Below are positions 19,040 to 28,855 of a stretch of 64,000 nucleotides of DNA, piece by piece. Position numbers and translations under genes: made by a program. The stretch is from assembly GCA_963740355.1 (NCBI GenBank), contig CAVUDW010000002.1, forward strand, positions 2,112,001 through 2,176,000. Reading direction: 5' to 3'. The stretch comes from an uncultured Gemmatimonadaceae bacterium. GTDB lineage: Bacteria > Gemmatimonadota > Gemmatimonadetes > Gemmatimonadales > Gemmatimonadaceae. Below the pieces are notes generated by a model. The model was not told the DNA's origin. It ran no database searches and was given only the letters and a program-made list of their open reading frames with translations. Position 1 is the first letter of the stretch. Every line of letters begins with the position of its first letter.

Positions 19040-19552
19040 TTACGGCGCGCGTGCCACCTGACCGCGGATTTCGCCGGCTGTGAACGTCGACGAATGCACG
19101 TCCACATACACCCGCCCGGCTCGCATCAGCGCCTTCACTGAGTCCATCGCCAGGCGCGGAGTCCCGCGCACCCACGTCGGCGAGATGTCGCCGATGCTGA
19201 TCACGCCGTCCAGCGCCACACTCGGCGCCTGCGCAGCATTGCCATTCACGGGCAGCAACCACACCAGTGTGGTGCCATTGGCGCCCGCCGCCGCCGAGTG
19301 CAGATGTGCCTGTGTCACGCCGGTCATGTTCGTCACCGACAGCGAGTAGCTGAGCGTCGAGTCGGTCATGGCCTCGAAGCTGATGCTGCCTGTCACTGTG
19401 GATGTGGTGGCCGGTACGACACTCGAACCCGCCAGCGTGGCCGTGAAGCGCTCAGGAGCCGGACCCAGTCCGCCGTCGGCAGCAGCGCCGCCGCCGCAAC
19501 CGGCGAGCGAGAGCAGGGCAAGGGCCGGCAGGGTCGTTCGCGAACGGAGCAT
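19040..19552 (-). CDS. CHRD-domain lipoprotein
   Basis: Lipobox LAGC; ATLAGSSVVP, TQAHLH, GRVYVDVHS...GEIRGQV. Confidence 0.88.
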   Translation of the reverse strand: MLRSRTTLPALALLSLAGCGGGAAADGGLGPAPERFTATLAGSSVVPATTSTVTGSISFEAMTDSTLSYSLSVTNMTGVTQAHLHSAAAGANGTTLVWLLPVNGNAAQAPSVALDGVISIGDISPTWVRGTPRLAMDSVKALMRAGRVYVDVHSSTFTAGEIRGQVARAP

Positions 19553-19855
19553 GTCTGTCCTTCCTTCGTCGGAATGGCCGATGTGGTGACGGGTGGTCGC
19601 GCGTGAAGTCGCGCGGCGTCACCTCCGGAATCGTCGGGTCACGGTTCGCAGCTGCAATCCGCTACCACTCCCCGACGAGCATCACCCGGGCGCGTCACAC
19701 CGACGCGCCGTTGCATGGCTCAGGCTTGCACACTCCGTGCCCTACCAGCGCGATTTCTGCCGGTCGGTAGTACCAACACCGGCATTCTGCCGCAAGACTC
19801 GCCATCTTTCCTTTCCGTACTTCGCTCCGCCTCAACGCTCGCTCCCGACCATCGT

Positions 19856-20182
19856 ATGTGCCCCGCCCACGAGCAGTCCAATCCGATGCACGGCGTGACA
19901 CTCGAGCGCATCCTCACGGAGCTCGTCGCACACTACGGATTCTTTGCGATGAGCCAGCGGATCGACATCCGTTGCTTCAGCAGTGATCCGAGCATCGCGT
20001 CGAGCCTGAAGTTCCTGCGCCGGACGCCGTGGGCTCGCGAAAAGGTGGAGCGCATGTACCGCGACCTGCTGCGCGTGAAGGCGCGCGCGGCCGCGGCCGC
20101 GCCGGCGCCGGTGTCGTCGGCAGAGGCGGACGCCGGTCACGCTGAACTCGAGACGCCGCTCCCGCAGGAAGAAACGCCGTAG
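19856..20182 (+). CDS. VF530 (DUF2132) family protein
   Basis: NPMHGVTLERILTELVAHYG, IRCFSSDPSIASSLKFLRRTPWAREKVE. Confidence 0.88.
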   Translation: MCPAHEQSNPMHGVTLERILTELVAHYGFFAMSQRIDIRCFSSDPSIASSLKFLRRTPWAREKVERMYRDLLRVKARAAAAAPAPVSSAEADAGHAELETPLPQEETP

Positions 20183-20262
20183 CGGATACCCGCGGACGGT
20201 CTCGATCGTCCGGAGTGTTGGTGCCTCCATGCATCGCTGCACTCACTCCAGCCCGTGTACTC

Positions 20263-21276
20263 GTGCTCCGCCTGCTCCGATCGAATCGCCTTCGCATCCT
20301 GGCCCTGGCGACCGCCGTGCCATCACTGCTGGCGGCGCAGACGATCGTGCGCTGGGCTGACCTCTCGTCAACGCAACTCGCGCGCCTCGATCGGGCGCAC
20401 ACCGCGGTCATCATTCCCGCCGGCATCGTGGAGGAGCACGGTGCATTGATGCCAAGTGGCGCCGAGTTGATCCACAACGAACGCCTCACGGCAGACCTGG
20501 CTGCGGCCATCGCGGCACGACCGGAATGGACCGTGCTGCTGCTGCCGACGATCCCACTCGGCAGCGGTGCCTTCGATCGGCGTGCAGGTCGTGTTGGCTA
20601 CGGCGGCACCTTGTCGGTCCGTGCATCGACCGTGCAGGCGGTGTTCACGGACCTGGCGGAAAATCTCGGACAACAGGGCTTCCGGAACATCTTCATCGTG
20701 AACGGTCATGCCGACGCCAACCACGATCGTGCGCTCGATCTGGCCGGCGATTTCTTCGCGGCGTCGTATCGCGGATTCATGGTGCACCTGCTTGGTCGGA
20801 ATGGGTGCCAGGCTGACGGCCTCGAGACGCCGCCGATTGCGCTCTTCAACGCCACCGCAATGACCGCCGATACCGATTCGCCGCACGCCGGTGCGCTCGA
20901 GACGTCGCGATTCTGGTGGCTGCGGCCGGATCTCGTCGACTCCAACGCGGTGCGCAGCGCGATCGACGCTCCTGCCAAGGGGTCGCCCGAGTGGGCGCGC
21001 ATCGCACAGCGCAGCGACTGGCCCGGCTATATCGGTGCCCCGCGTTTCGCGTCGCTCGAACTCGGCCAGTTCCTCTACGAATCCGAACGTCGCAACTGCA
21101 CTGAACTCGCCCTCCGCCTGCTGGACGGCCTCGATGAGCGCATGGTCGGGCGCCACGGTGACAAGATGCGCGCCTACCCCGACGTGAAGCTCCTGCTCGA
21201 CGCGCAGGAGAAGCAGGAGGCGGACGAGGCGTTGCGCCAGAAGCGCGCCCTCGCGCGGCTACCCATGCGGCCCTAG
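20263..21276 (+). CDS. Creatininase-family amidohydrolase with apparent signal peptide
   Basis: PAGIVEEHG, IVNGH, HAGALETS. Start uncertain. Confidence 0.8.
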   Translation: MLRLLRSNRLRILALATAVPSLLAAQTIVRWADLSSTQLARLDRAHTAVIIPAGIVEEHGALMPSGAELIHNERLTADLAAAIAARPEWTVLLLPTIPLGSGAFDRRAGRVGYGGTLSVRASTVQAVFTDLAENLGQQGFRNIFIVNGHADANHDRALDLAGDFFAASYRGFMVHLLGRNGCQADGLETPPIALFNATAMTADTDSPHAGALETSRFWWLRPDLVDSNAVRSAIDAPAKGSPEWARIAQRSDWPGYIGAPRFASLELGQFLYESERRNCTELALRLLDGLDERMVGRHGDKMRAYPDVKLLLDAQEKQEADEALRQKRALARLPMRP

Positions 21277-21412
21277 GCGGCCCGCCGGCATCCTCGGGCG
21301 GTTCGGGGCTTTGGCAATGGACTAGCTTGCATCCTCGACGCGCACCGCCACTGGGGTGCGCCAAGCTGCCGCGTCCCAGGCCGGCCGCATCACCGAAGCG
21401 GAGGGTACGCGG

Positions 21413-21604
21413 TTGGCGAAGAAGCCCAATTACGATTTCGAAAAGCGCCGGAAGGAACTCGAGCGCAAGCAGAAGAAGGACGCCAAGCGCGATGAGCGTC
21501 TCCAGCGCAAGCGCAACGGTGGCCCGGATGAAGGCGACGGGGTCGACGGTGAGACTGCCGATGCCGATGCTGCCGACGACACCGAGCCGCCCGCAGTCGC
21601 CTGA
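21413..21604 (+). CDS. Small protein, basic N-terminus and acidic tail
   Basis: GGAGGG then TTG; MAKKPNYDFEKRRKELERKQKKDAKRDERLQRKR. Confidence 0.7.
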   Translation: MAKKPNYDFEKRRKELERKQKKDAKRDERLQRKRNGGPDEGDGVDGETADADAADDTEPPAVA

Positions 21605-21719
21605 TCTGAGATTCCGCCGCGCGCACGACCGCGCGGCACCGCGCCGATGACACCAAACTGGCGGGGCAGGGAGTTCGCGCCGGTCCTGCGCCGTCTGAAC
21701 CCCCAACGCACGCCCCGTC

Positions 21720-22958
21720 ATGCCATCACGCTCGTGGGTTCGCTCGATTGGTTTCGCCGCGCTCGGCGCTGCGCTCTCTCTGCCGTCGGCAGCGACCGCG
21801 CAACGCGCCACGGCCACGCAGAAGCCGTATTTCCCCGACGCCGGCACCTGGGAGCACCGCAGCGCGTCGCAAGTCGGCATCGATTCGACTCGACTGGCGG
21901 CGGCCATCGCCTTCGCCGTCGCGAACGAGGTGAAGAACCCGCGCAGCATGGAGGAAAATCACTACCGCACCTTCGGTCGTGAGCCATACGGCGGCGGCGT
22001 CGGTCCGTTCAAGGATCGTGGCGACCCGACCGGCGTGATCCTGCGCCACGGCTACATCGTGGCCGAGTGGGGCGATCCAGATCGCGTCGACATGACGCAC
22101 AGTGTGACGAAGAGCTTCCTCTCGTCGGTGGTCGGCCTCGCATATGATCGCCGCATGATCCGGAGCCTGAACGACTCGGTGTTCCGCGCGGTCGGTCCGG
22201 TGCCCGCGCTTCCCGATGGCCCGGGGACTTCCAACGTCACGCTGCTCGACCTGTTCAACACGCCGCACAACCGCAGCATCACCTGGGACAGCATGCTCCG
22301 TCAGGTGAGCGACTGGGAAGGCACGTTGTGGGGGAAGCCGGAGTGGGCCGATCGCCCCACCGGTGATCCGAACACCTGGCGCACGCGCCCACGCAACGCT
22401 CCTGGCAGCGTGTACGAGTACAACGATGTGCGCGTCAATGCGCTGGCGCTGGCCACCATGGAAGTCTGGCGGCGTCCGCTTCCGACCGTCCTGCGTGAGT
22501 ACATCATGGAGCCCATCGGTGCATCCACCACCTGGCAGTGGATGGGGTATTCCACGTCATGGGTGCTGATGGATGGGCAGGCCGTGCAATCCGTGTCGGG
22601 CGGTGGGCACTGGGGTGGTGGCCTGTTCATCAATGCACACGACATGGCGCGCTTCGGCTACCTCACCCTGCGTCGCGGCAAGTGGAAGGATCGTCAGCTG
22701 CTGTCGGAGGACTGGGTGAAGATGGCGCTCACGCCGACACCGGCGCAGCCGACGTATGGCTTCATGAACTGGTTCCTCAACACCGATCGAAAGTTCGTGC
22801 CCTCCGCGCCGGCGTCGGTCTTCGTGCACGTCGGCAACGGCACGAACGTCATCATCGTCGATCCTGAGCACGATGTCGTCGCGGTCGTCCGCTGGATCGA
22901 GAACGGCGCGCTGGACGGATTCGTGCAGCGGCTGATGGCCGCACTGCCGGAGCGCTGA
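21720..22958 (+). CDS. Serine hydrolase, beta-lactamase class C-like
   Basis: Signal peptide; SVTK catalytic motif, PGSVYEYND, DMARFGYL. Confidence 0.88.
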   Translation: MPSRSWVRSIGFAALGAALSLPSAATAQRATATQKPYFPDAGTWEHRSASQVGIDSTRLAAAIAFAVANEVKNPRSMEENHYRTFGREPYGGGVGPFKDRGDPTGVILRHGYIVAEWGDPDRVDMTHSVTKSFLSSVVGLAYDRRMIRSLNDSVFRAVGPVPALPDGPGTSNVTLLDLFNTPHNRSITWDSMLRQVSDWEGTLWGKPEWADRPTGDPNTWRTRPRNAPGSVYEYNDVRVNALALATMEVWRRPLPTVLREYIMEPIGASTTWQWMGYSTSWVLMDGQAVQSVSGGGHWGGGLFINAHDMARFGYLTLRRGKWKDRQLLSEDWVKMALTPTPAQPTYGFMNWFLNTDRKFVPSAPASVFVHVGNGTNVIIVDPEHDVVAVVRWIENGALDGFVQRLMAALPER

Positions 22959-22961
22959 ACA

Positions 22962-23399
22962 GTGGATGCGCGTATCCGAGAAGGGTTCGCGCGCCAGGCG
23001 TTCATGGCGACCCTCGGCGCCACGCTCGAACGTGCCGAGCCGGGTGAGGTCGAAATCCGGCTCCCCTGTACCGCCGCACTGACGCAGCACACCGGCGTCG
23101 TGCACGCGGGCGCCGTGACTGCGATCGTCGATTCCGCCTGCGGCTTCGCTGCCCTCACCATGATGACCGAGGGACGCGAGGTCGTGAGCGTCGAGTTCAA
23201 GCTCAACCTGCTCGCGCCGGCCGTCGGTGAATACCTCCGCGCCGTGGGCCGTGTGGTGCGCGCCGGCCGCACGCTGACGGTGTGCACTGGCGAGGTCTGG
23301 GCCGTCACTGGTGACACGTCCCGCATCGTGGCGCTCATGCAAGCGACCATGATGTCCGTTGAGGGAAGCGGACCGCCCGGACTGGCGACGAACCAATAG
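22962..23399 (+). CDS. PaaI family thioesterase
   Basis: QHTGVVHAGAVTAIVDSACG, SVEFKLNLLAPA, VVRAGRTL. Confidence 0.9.
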   Translation: MDARIREGFARQAFMATLGATLERAEPGEVEIRLPCTAALTQHTGVVHAGAVTAIVDSACGFAALTMMTEGREVVSVEFKLNLLAPAVGEYLRAVGRVVRAGRTLTVCTGEVWAVTGDTSRIVALMQATMMSVEGSGPPGLATNQ

Positions 23400-23472
23400 G
23401 ACTGTTCAGTCTATCCGTGCATTATTAGGGAGCATTAAGAAACCTGATTGGCGATTTCTACGCACTTGCCGC

Positions 23473-23502
23473 TTGCCTCGAATCACCAGTCGACGTTAGT
23501 GT
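23473..23502 (+). promoter_or_regulatory. Putative sigma70 promoter, leaderless-type
   Basis: TTGCCT-N18-TAGTGT, 6 nt before GTG 23509. Confidence 0.45.
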
Positions 23503-23508
23503 GACTGC

Positions 23509-23940
23509 GTGAATTCGCCCCAGCTGCACGCCGCTCCGATCACGTTCACCACCGATGCCGCCGCCCGACGTCGCCTCACGACGTTTCGCGGTGCCATTGG
23601 AGACCGCGACTTGCTCGATGCATACGAGTCGCTGCTGAGCGACCCGAATTACGATGCGTCGCTCGACGACCTGATCGATCTCTCCGGCGTCACGCACATG
23701 GGTGTCACCAGCGCCGGACTGCATCGCTTGATCGCGGCGTACGATGAACGCGAGTCGGATGGGTATCGCACCCGCGCGGCACTGGTCGCACCGACCGATG
23801 TGCTGTACGGAGTCTCGCGCATGTTCCAGACGCTGCGTGGCGACGACAAGCCAGACGAGATCGAGGTCTTTCGAAACTACGACGAAGCGCTGGCCTGGCT
23901 CGAGCGTCGAGATATCGCCGCGTCATCCTCGGCGGCCTGA
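23509..23940 (+). CDS. STAS/SEC14 (SpoIIAA-like) fold hypothetical protein
   Basis: LIDLSGV, RAALVAPTDVLYGVSRMFQ, IEVFRNYDEALAWL. Confidence 0.65.
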   Translation: MNSPQLHAAPITFTTDAAARRRLTTFRGAIGDRDLLDAYESLLSDPNYDASLDDLIDLSGVTHMGVTSAGLHRLIAAYDERESDGYRTRAALVAPTDVLYGVSRMFQTLRGDDKPDEIEVFRNYDEALAWLERRDIAASSSAA

Positions 23941-23959
23941 GACACACGCGGCACCAGCG

Positions 23960-25231
23960 TCAGCTCGGACTCTCGCTGCGCTGTCGACGGAAATGCCGCG
24001 CTGCGAGGTACAACGACACCGACTGCAACGCAGCGCAGAAGTAGAACGGCGCGCCGATGCGCCAGTCACCCTTCGGCAGGTGTGACACCATGCCGAGCAG
24101 CGGTGCACCGAACATCGGCGCCAGCACCGCCATCAGGCTGCCAAGCGACGCCACTGCGCCAAGCGTGCGTCCCTGCGTGCTGGGGTCCGCCGCGGACGAG
24201 ATGAGGCTCTGGATCGAGGCACCGACCGTGAAGCCGAGGATGTTCACGAACACGATCGCGTACATCATCCAGCCCTCGGTGGCGAGCCCGTACATCAGGT
24301 TCGCGGCGGTCGCCGACACGAGGCCCCACACCACCAGCTTCTCGGCGCTGAATCGCTTCAGCAATCGGCCCAGCAGGAACCCCTGCACGATCACGGAAAC
24401 GACACCGACGGCCGCCAGTGACCAGCCGTTCTGCATCGGGCCCCAGCCGAACTTGAACGTCGTGTACAGCACCCACGACGAAAACAGGATGTACTGCGCC
24501 AATACCGTGCAGGCGACCACCGAGATCAGCGGGCCGACCTTTCCAAGGTTGGTGAGTGTGGCGAACGACGCGAACGGGCTGGTCGTGCGCCACGCGATGT
24601 CGCGACGCTTTTCAGGCGGCAATGACTCGGGCAGCACGAAGTAGCCGTACAACAGGTTGAGGACCGCCAACCCACCGGCCACGAAGAACGGCAGGCGCAG
24701 GTTGATGGCCCCGAGGAGTCCGCCTGCCACAGGGCCGATGATGAACCCGACGCCGAACATTGCCCCCAGCATCCCGAATCGTTTGGCCCGCTCTTCAGGC
24801 GGCGTGATATCCGCCACGTACGCGTTGCAGACCGCCGCATTCGCCTGCATCGCACCGCCGATCAGGCGCGCCACGATCAGCATCCAGAGCGCGGTGGCCA
24901 GCGCCGTGGCGAAGAACGTCACGGCCAGCCCGCAAAACCCCATCAGCAGCACCGGCCGACGGCCGTACTTGTCCGAGAGCGCCCCGATCACCGGCGCACC
25001 GAAGAAGTTCGCGAAGCCGAACGCCGTGCTCACCGCACCGTACCACCACGCCTGATCACTCTGCGAGGTGGTGAAGCTGCCGACGATCGATGGCAGCACG
25101 GGCACGATCAGGCCGATCGCCGCCATGTCGATCAGGACGGTCAGCATGATGAACGGCATCGCCGCCTTCCGATCCTGCCCCGCCGGTGGGGTGCTCTCGG
25201 AGACGACGTCCAGCACGGCGCCTTCACTCAT
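23960..25231 (-). CDS. MFS transporter, TetA/DHA1-like efflux pump
   Basis: DMAAIGLIVPVLP, motif A GALSDKYGRRPVLL, AYVADIT, GFIIGPVAGG; about 12 TM helices. Confidence 0.9.
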   Translation of the reverse strand: MSEGAVLDVVSESTPPAGQDRKAAMPFIMLTVLIDMAAIGLIVPVLPSIVGSFTTSQSDQAWWYGAVSTAFGFANFFGAPVIGALSDKYGRRPVLLMGFCGLAVTFFATALATALWMLIVARLIGGAMQANAAVCNAYVADITPPEERAKRFGMLGAMFGVGFIIGPVAGGLLGAINLRLPFFVAGGLAVLNLLYGYFVLPESLPPEKRRDIAWRTTSPFASFATLTNLGKVGPLISVVACTVLAQYILFSSWVLYTTFKFGWGPMQNGWSLAAVGVVSVIVQGFLLGRLLKRFSAEKLVVWGLVSATAANLMYGLATEGWMMYAIVFVNILGFTVGASIQSLISSAADPSTQGRTLGAVASLGSLMAVLAPMFGAPLLGMVSHLPKGDWRIGAPFYFCAALQSVSLYLAARHFRRQRSESPS

Positions 25232-25263
25232 ACGACGGGTGATCCGGAAACAGGGGTCGGCAT
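25228..25263 (-). CDS. Possible 11-aa leader peptide MPTPVSGSPVV upstream of the MFS gene
   Basis: TAGAGT-N6-ATG; its TGA overlaps the MFS ATG (ATGA). Confidence 0.3.
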   Translation of the reverse strand: MPTPVSGSPVV

Positions 25264-25431
25264 GCAGGCACTCTACCGACCCCGGCACGGAAACCGAAGC
25301 CCGGGCGCCCGAACGTGGTGACTAGGACCGGCGGTCCGGTGGTGGGCATCTGTACCCGAACGCATTTTGCCTCCGCGCCGTACACAGCCGGGCCCACCAC
25401 CCGCCCGCCTGACCCCTCCACGCACCCGCCG

Positions 25432-28400
25432 ATGATCCGTCGCACGATCGTTCTTGCCTTCGCGCTTGGCCTCGCGCGTCCTGCCAGCGCGCAGGAAACG
25501 CTGCTGCTGCGCCAGCCCAGTGTCAGTGAGCGCCACATTGCGTTCGCCTATGCCAGCAACATCTGGATCGTTGATCGCGCCGGCGGCCAGGCACGCCGCC
25601 TCACCTCGTTCCAGGGCCAGTCGTCGCAGCCCAAGCTGTCACCTGATGGAAAGACCGTCGCCTTCACTGGCACCTATGCCGGGAATGCGGATGTCTACAC
25701 GGTGCCCGTCGATGGCGGTGAACCGACCCGACTCACCTGGCACCCGGGCGCCGATGCGGTCACCGGCTGGACTCCTGACGGTAAGCGCGTGGTCTTCGCC
25801 AGCACCCGCCAGTCGAGCGCGCCGTCGCCCACGCCGCGGTTCTGGACCATCTCGACCGACGGCGGCGCCGAAGAGCCGATGCCCATGCCTCGCGCCTTCC
25901 AGGGGCACATCAAGGCCACTGGCACCCATATCGCCTACCGCATGGCGAGTTCGTGGGACGACGAGCGTCGCAACTATCGCGGCGGCCAGAACAAGCCGAT
26001 CTGGGTCCTCGACCTGAAGTCGTTCGCGCTCGATACGATTCCGCGCCCGATCAACGCGAAGGAACTCGATCCGGCCTGGATCGGCGATGATGTGTTCTTC
26101 ATCTCCGATCGCGACGGCGTGCAGAACGTCTGGAAGTATGACGGTCGCACGAAGGCCGTCACGCAGATGACGAAGTTCACCGACTTCGATGTCAAGACGA
26201 TGGATGCGGGTGCCGGCGTCGTCGTCTTCGAGCAGGCGGGCAAGCTGCACCTGCTCGATCCGCGAACGGGCCGCGCCGCACCGGTGCCGATCACGGTGCG
26301 CGGCGATTTCCCGTGGATGATGCCGCAGTGGAAGGACGTGTCGACGCGCATCTCGGCGCTCGCGTTGTCGCCCACCGGCAAGCGTGCGCTGGTGGAGGCG
26401 CGCGGTGAAATCTTCACCATCCCCGCAGAGAAGGGCGATGTACGAAACCTCACGCACTCCAGTGGCAGTGCGGAACGTGCGCCGTCCTGGTCACCCGATG
26501 GCCGCTCGGTGAGCTGGTTCAGCGACGCATCAGGCGAATACAAGCTGATGATCGCGTCACAGGACGGACTCGGCGAGCCGCGTGCGATCGCATTGCCTGG
26601 CATGAGCTTTCCGTATACACCGGCCTGGTCGCCAGACTCGCGCAAGATCCTCTTCACGGACGTTGGACTCAAGCTGTGGGTCGTGGACGTCACGGCCGGC
26701 ACGGTGAAGAAGTACGATGGCGATCCATTCATGGTGCCGGCACGCACGATGGATCCCGTCTGGAGCCCCGATTCGAAGTGGATCGCGTTTGCGAAGCGCC
26801 TGCCGAGCTACTACCACGTCATCCAGGTGCTCAACACGGAGACGGGTGAGAGCAAGCAGCTCACCGACGGCCTGGCCGACGCGACGTCACCAGCGTGGGA
26901 TGCCAGTGGCAAGTACCTCTGGTTCCTTGCCAGCACCGACTTCGCGCTCCGTTCGCAGTGGCTCGACATGACGTCGTACGAGCGTCCGCGCACCAACGCG
27001 CTGTACGTCGCGGTGTTGAAGAACGGCGAACAGACGCCCTTCACGCCGGAAAGCGACGACGAGCCGTCGACACCGCCGACTCCAGTGCCGGCGGTCTTCG
27101 TGCCCAACAACGGCGCCACCCCTGCGACACCGACACCGGCGGTCACCACGCCGCGGACGCCGACCGTCAGCATCGATTTCGACGGCATTGCACGTCGCAT
27201 CATCGCCGTGCCAGGCGTCGCCGGCCGCGATTACGCACTGCTCAAGAGTGGCGCGAGTGGTACGGTGTTCTTCTGGGAGAACGTCGACGCCACCGGTCCG
27301 GCGGAACAGGCCGCGCCCGGTGGTCCGCTGTACCGCTACACGCTGAAGGATCGCAAGGCGGTACCGTTTGCGTCGGGTGTCGCAGCCTACACGCTCAGCG
27401 CCGATGGACGGAAGCTGCTCTATCGCACCGGTGGTCCGCAGGGCGCTCTGTTCCTTGTCGATGCTGCTGGCCCAACCGCACCGGCGCCGAACACTGGTCG
27501 ACTGGCGGCCACGCTGCGCATGTGGTGGGATCCGAAGCTCGAATACGCACAGATGTTCGAGGAAGCCCGCCGCAAGGTGCGCGACTATTTCTACGTGCCG
27601 AACCTCCATGGCACCGATTGGACGAAGGTCGTGTCGCAGTACCGTCAGTTCGTGCCGTTCGTCGCCAGCCGTGCCGACCTGAATTACCTGCTCGACTGGA
27701 TGGGCAGTGAACTGGCGATCGGTCACTCCTACGTCAACGGTGGCGACTTCCCCGATGTCCCTGCGGCCACCGGTGGCATGCTGGGCGCCGACATGATCGT
27801 GCGTGATGGACGCTACCAGTTCACGCGCATCTACGACGCCGAGAGCTGGAACCCCGATCTGCGTGCGCCGCTGGCAGCACCCGGCATCGACATCAAGCCG
27901 GGTGAATACCTCCTCGCCATCAATGGCGTCGAAGTGCGCGGCACCGACAACGTGTTCCGCTTCCTCGATGGCACCGCCAATCGACAGATCAACATCACCG
28001 TGAATTCGCGCCCCACGATGGAGGGGGCTCGTCGCTACACGATCGTGCCGGTCGCGAACGATCAAGGCCTCCGTACACGGGCGTGGGTCGAGGGGAATCG
28101 GCGCATCGTGGACTCGCTCTCGGGCGGCAAGCTGGCCTATGTGCACCTGCCGAACACAGGGCAGGGCGGCTACACGCAGTTCAATCGCTACTACTTCGCC
28201 CAGCAGAACAAGCAGGGCGCCGTGGTCGATGAGCGCTACAACGGCGGCGGGTCCGCAGCCGACTACATCATCGAGCTGCTCAGCCGTGACTTCGATGGCT
28301 ACTTCAACAACCCGGCCGGTGACCGTACGCCGTTCGCCAGCCCATCGGCTGGCATCTGGGGACCAAAGGTCATGATCATCAACGAGATGGCCGGATCGGG

Positions 28401-28746
28401 CGGTGACCTGATGCCGTACATGTTCCGCCGGCGCAAGATCGGACCGTTGGTGGGGGCACGCACCTGGGGAGGGCTGGTGGCGACGTCGGATCAGGCGCCG
28501 TTCGTGGACGGCGGCGGCATGGTCGCGCCGCGACTTGGCTTCTTCGATCGCGATGGCAAGTGGGCTGTCGAGAACGAAGGCGTCGGTCCAGACATCGATG
28601 TCGAAAACTTCCCGCGCGATGTCATTGCCGGTCGTGACCCGCAGCTCGAACGTGCGGTGCAGGAAGCGTTGCGTCTGCTCGCCGCCAACCCGGTGCGCCT
28701 GATGAAGGAGCCGCCCGGCGCGACGTGGGGCAAGCGCCCGCAGTAA
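25432..28746 (+). CDS. Tricorn-type S41 protease (beta-propellers, PDZ, catalytic domain)
   Basis: Signal peptide; PD40 repeats (WSPDG), DERYNGGG, NEMAGSGGD, GARTWGG, VENEGVGPDIDV, GRDPQLERAV. Confidence 0.93.
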   Translation: MIRRTIVLAFALGLARPASAQETLLLRQPSVSERHIAFAYASNIWIVDRAGGQARRLTSFQGQSSQPKLSPDGKTVAFTGTYAGNADVYTVPVDGGEPTRLTWHPGADAVTGWTPDGKRVVFASTRQSSAPSPTPRFWTISTDGGAEEPMPMPRAFQGHIKATGTHIAYRMASSWDDERRNYRGGQNKPIWVLDLKSFALDTIPRPINAKELDPAWIGDDVFFISDRDGVQNVWKYDGRTKAVTQMTKFTDFDVKTMDAGAGVVVFEQAGKLHLLDPRTGRAAPVPITVRGDFPWMMPQWKDVSTRISALALSPTGKRALVEARGEIFTIPAEKGDVRNLTHSSGSAERAPSWSPDGRSVSWFSDASGEYKLMIASQDGLGEPRAIALPGMSFPYTPAWSPDSRKILFTDVGLKLWVVDVTAGTVKKYDGDPFMVPARTMDPVWSPDSKWIAFAKRLPSYYHVIQVLNTETGESKQLTDGLADATSPAWDASGKYLWFLASTDFALRSQWLDMTSYERPRTNALYVAVLKNGEQTPFTPESDDEPSTPPTPVPAVFVPNNGATPATPTPAVTTPRTPTVSIDFDGIARRIIAVPGVAGRDYALLKSGASGTVFFWENVDATGPAEQAAPGGPLYRYTLKDRKAVPFASGVAAYTLSADGRKLLYRTGGPQGALFLVDAAGPTAPAPNTGRLAATLRMWWDPKLEYAQMFEEARRKVRDYFYVPNLHGTDWTKVVSQYRQFVPFVASRADLNYLLDWMGSELAIGHSYVNGGDFPDVPAATGGMLGADMIVRDGRYQFTRIYDAESWNPDLRAPLAAPGIDIKPGEYLLAINGVEVRGTDNVFRFLDGTANRQINITVNSRPTMEGARRYTIVPVANDQGLRTRAWVEGNRRIVDSLSGGKLAYVHLPNTGQGGYTQFNRYYFAQQNKQGAVVDERYNGGGSAADYIIELLSRDFDGYFNNPAGDRTPFASPSAGIWGPKVMIINEMAGSGGDLMPYMFRRRKIGPLVGARTWGGLVATSDQAPFVDGGGMVAPRLGFFDRDGKWAVENEGVGPDIDVENFPRDVIAGRDPQLERAVQEALRLLAANPVRLMKEPPGATWGKRPQ

Positions 28747-28762
28747 TCAGCACGCAGACTGC

Positions 28763-28807
28763 AGACGCGCGGCGCATGGCCAACGACTGGTCATGCGCCG
28801 CGCGTCT
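28763..28807. terminator. 20-bp hairpin between convergent genes
   Basis: AGACGCGCGGCGCATGGCCA-N5-TGGTCATGCGCCGCGCGTCT (one G-U pair). Confidence 0.7.
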
Positions 28808-28855
28808 CTGCGCACCCCGCGGTCACGCGATGGCGCACATCACTGCACTACCGCA

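Noticed and set aside
19716..19730. Sigma54-like TGGCTCAGGCTTGCA upstream of the VF530 gene
   Set aside because: Spacing is GG-N9-GC, not N10, with no reason to suspect an error there.
21720..22958. Assigning ampC beta-lactamase
   Set aside because: The SxxK fold is shared with many esterases and amidases, and class C-specific motifs are not evident.
23960..25231. Assigning tetA (tetracycline resistance)
   Set aside because: Family-level similarity only, no tetR; substrate cannot be inferred from sequence.
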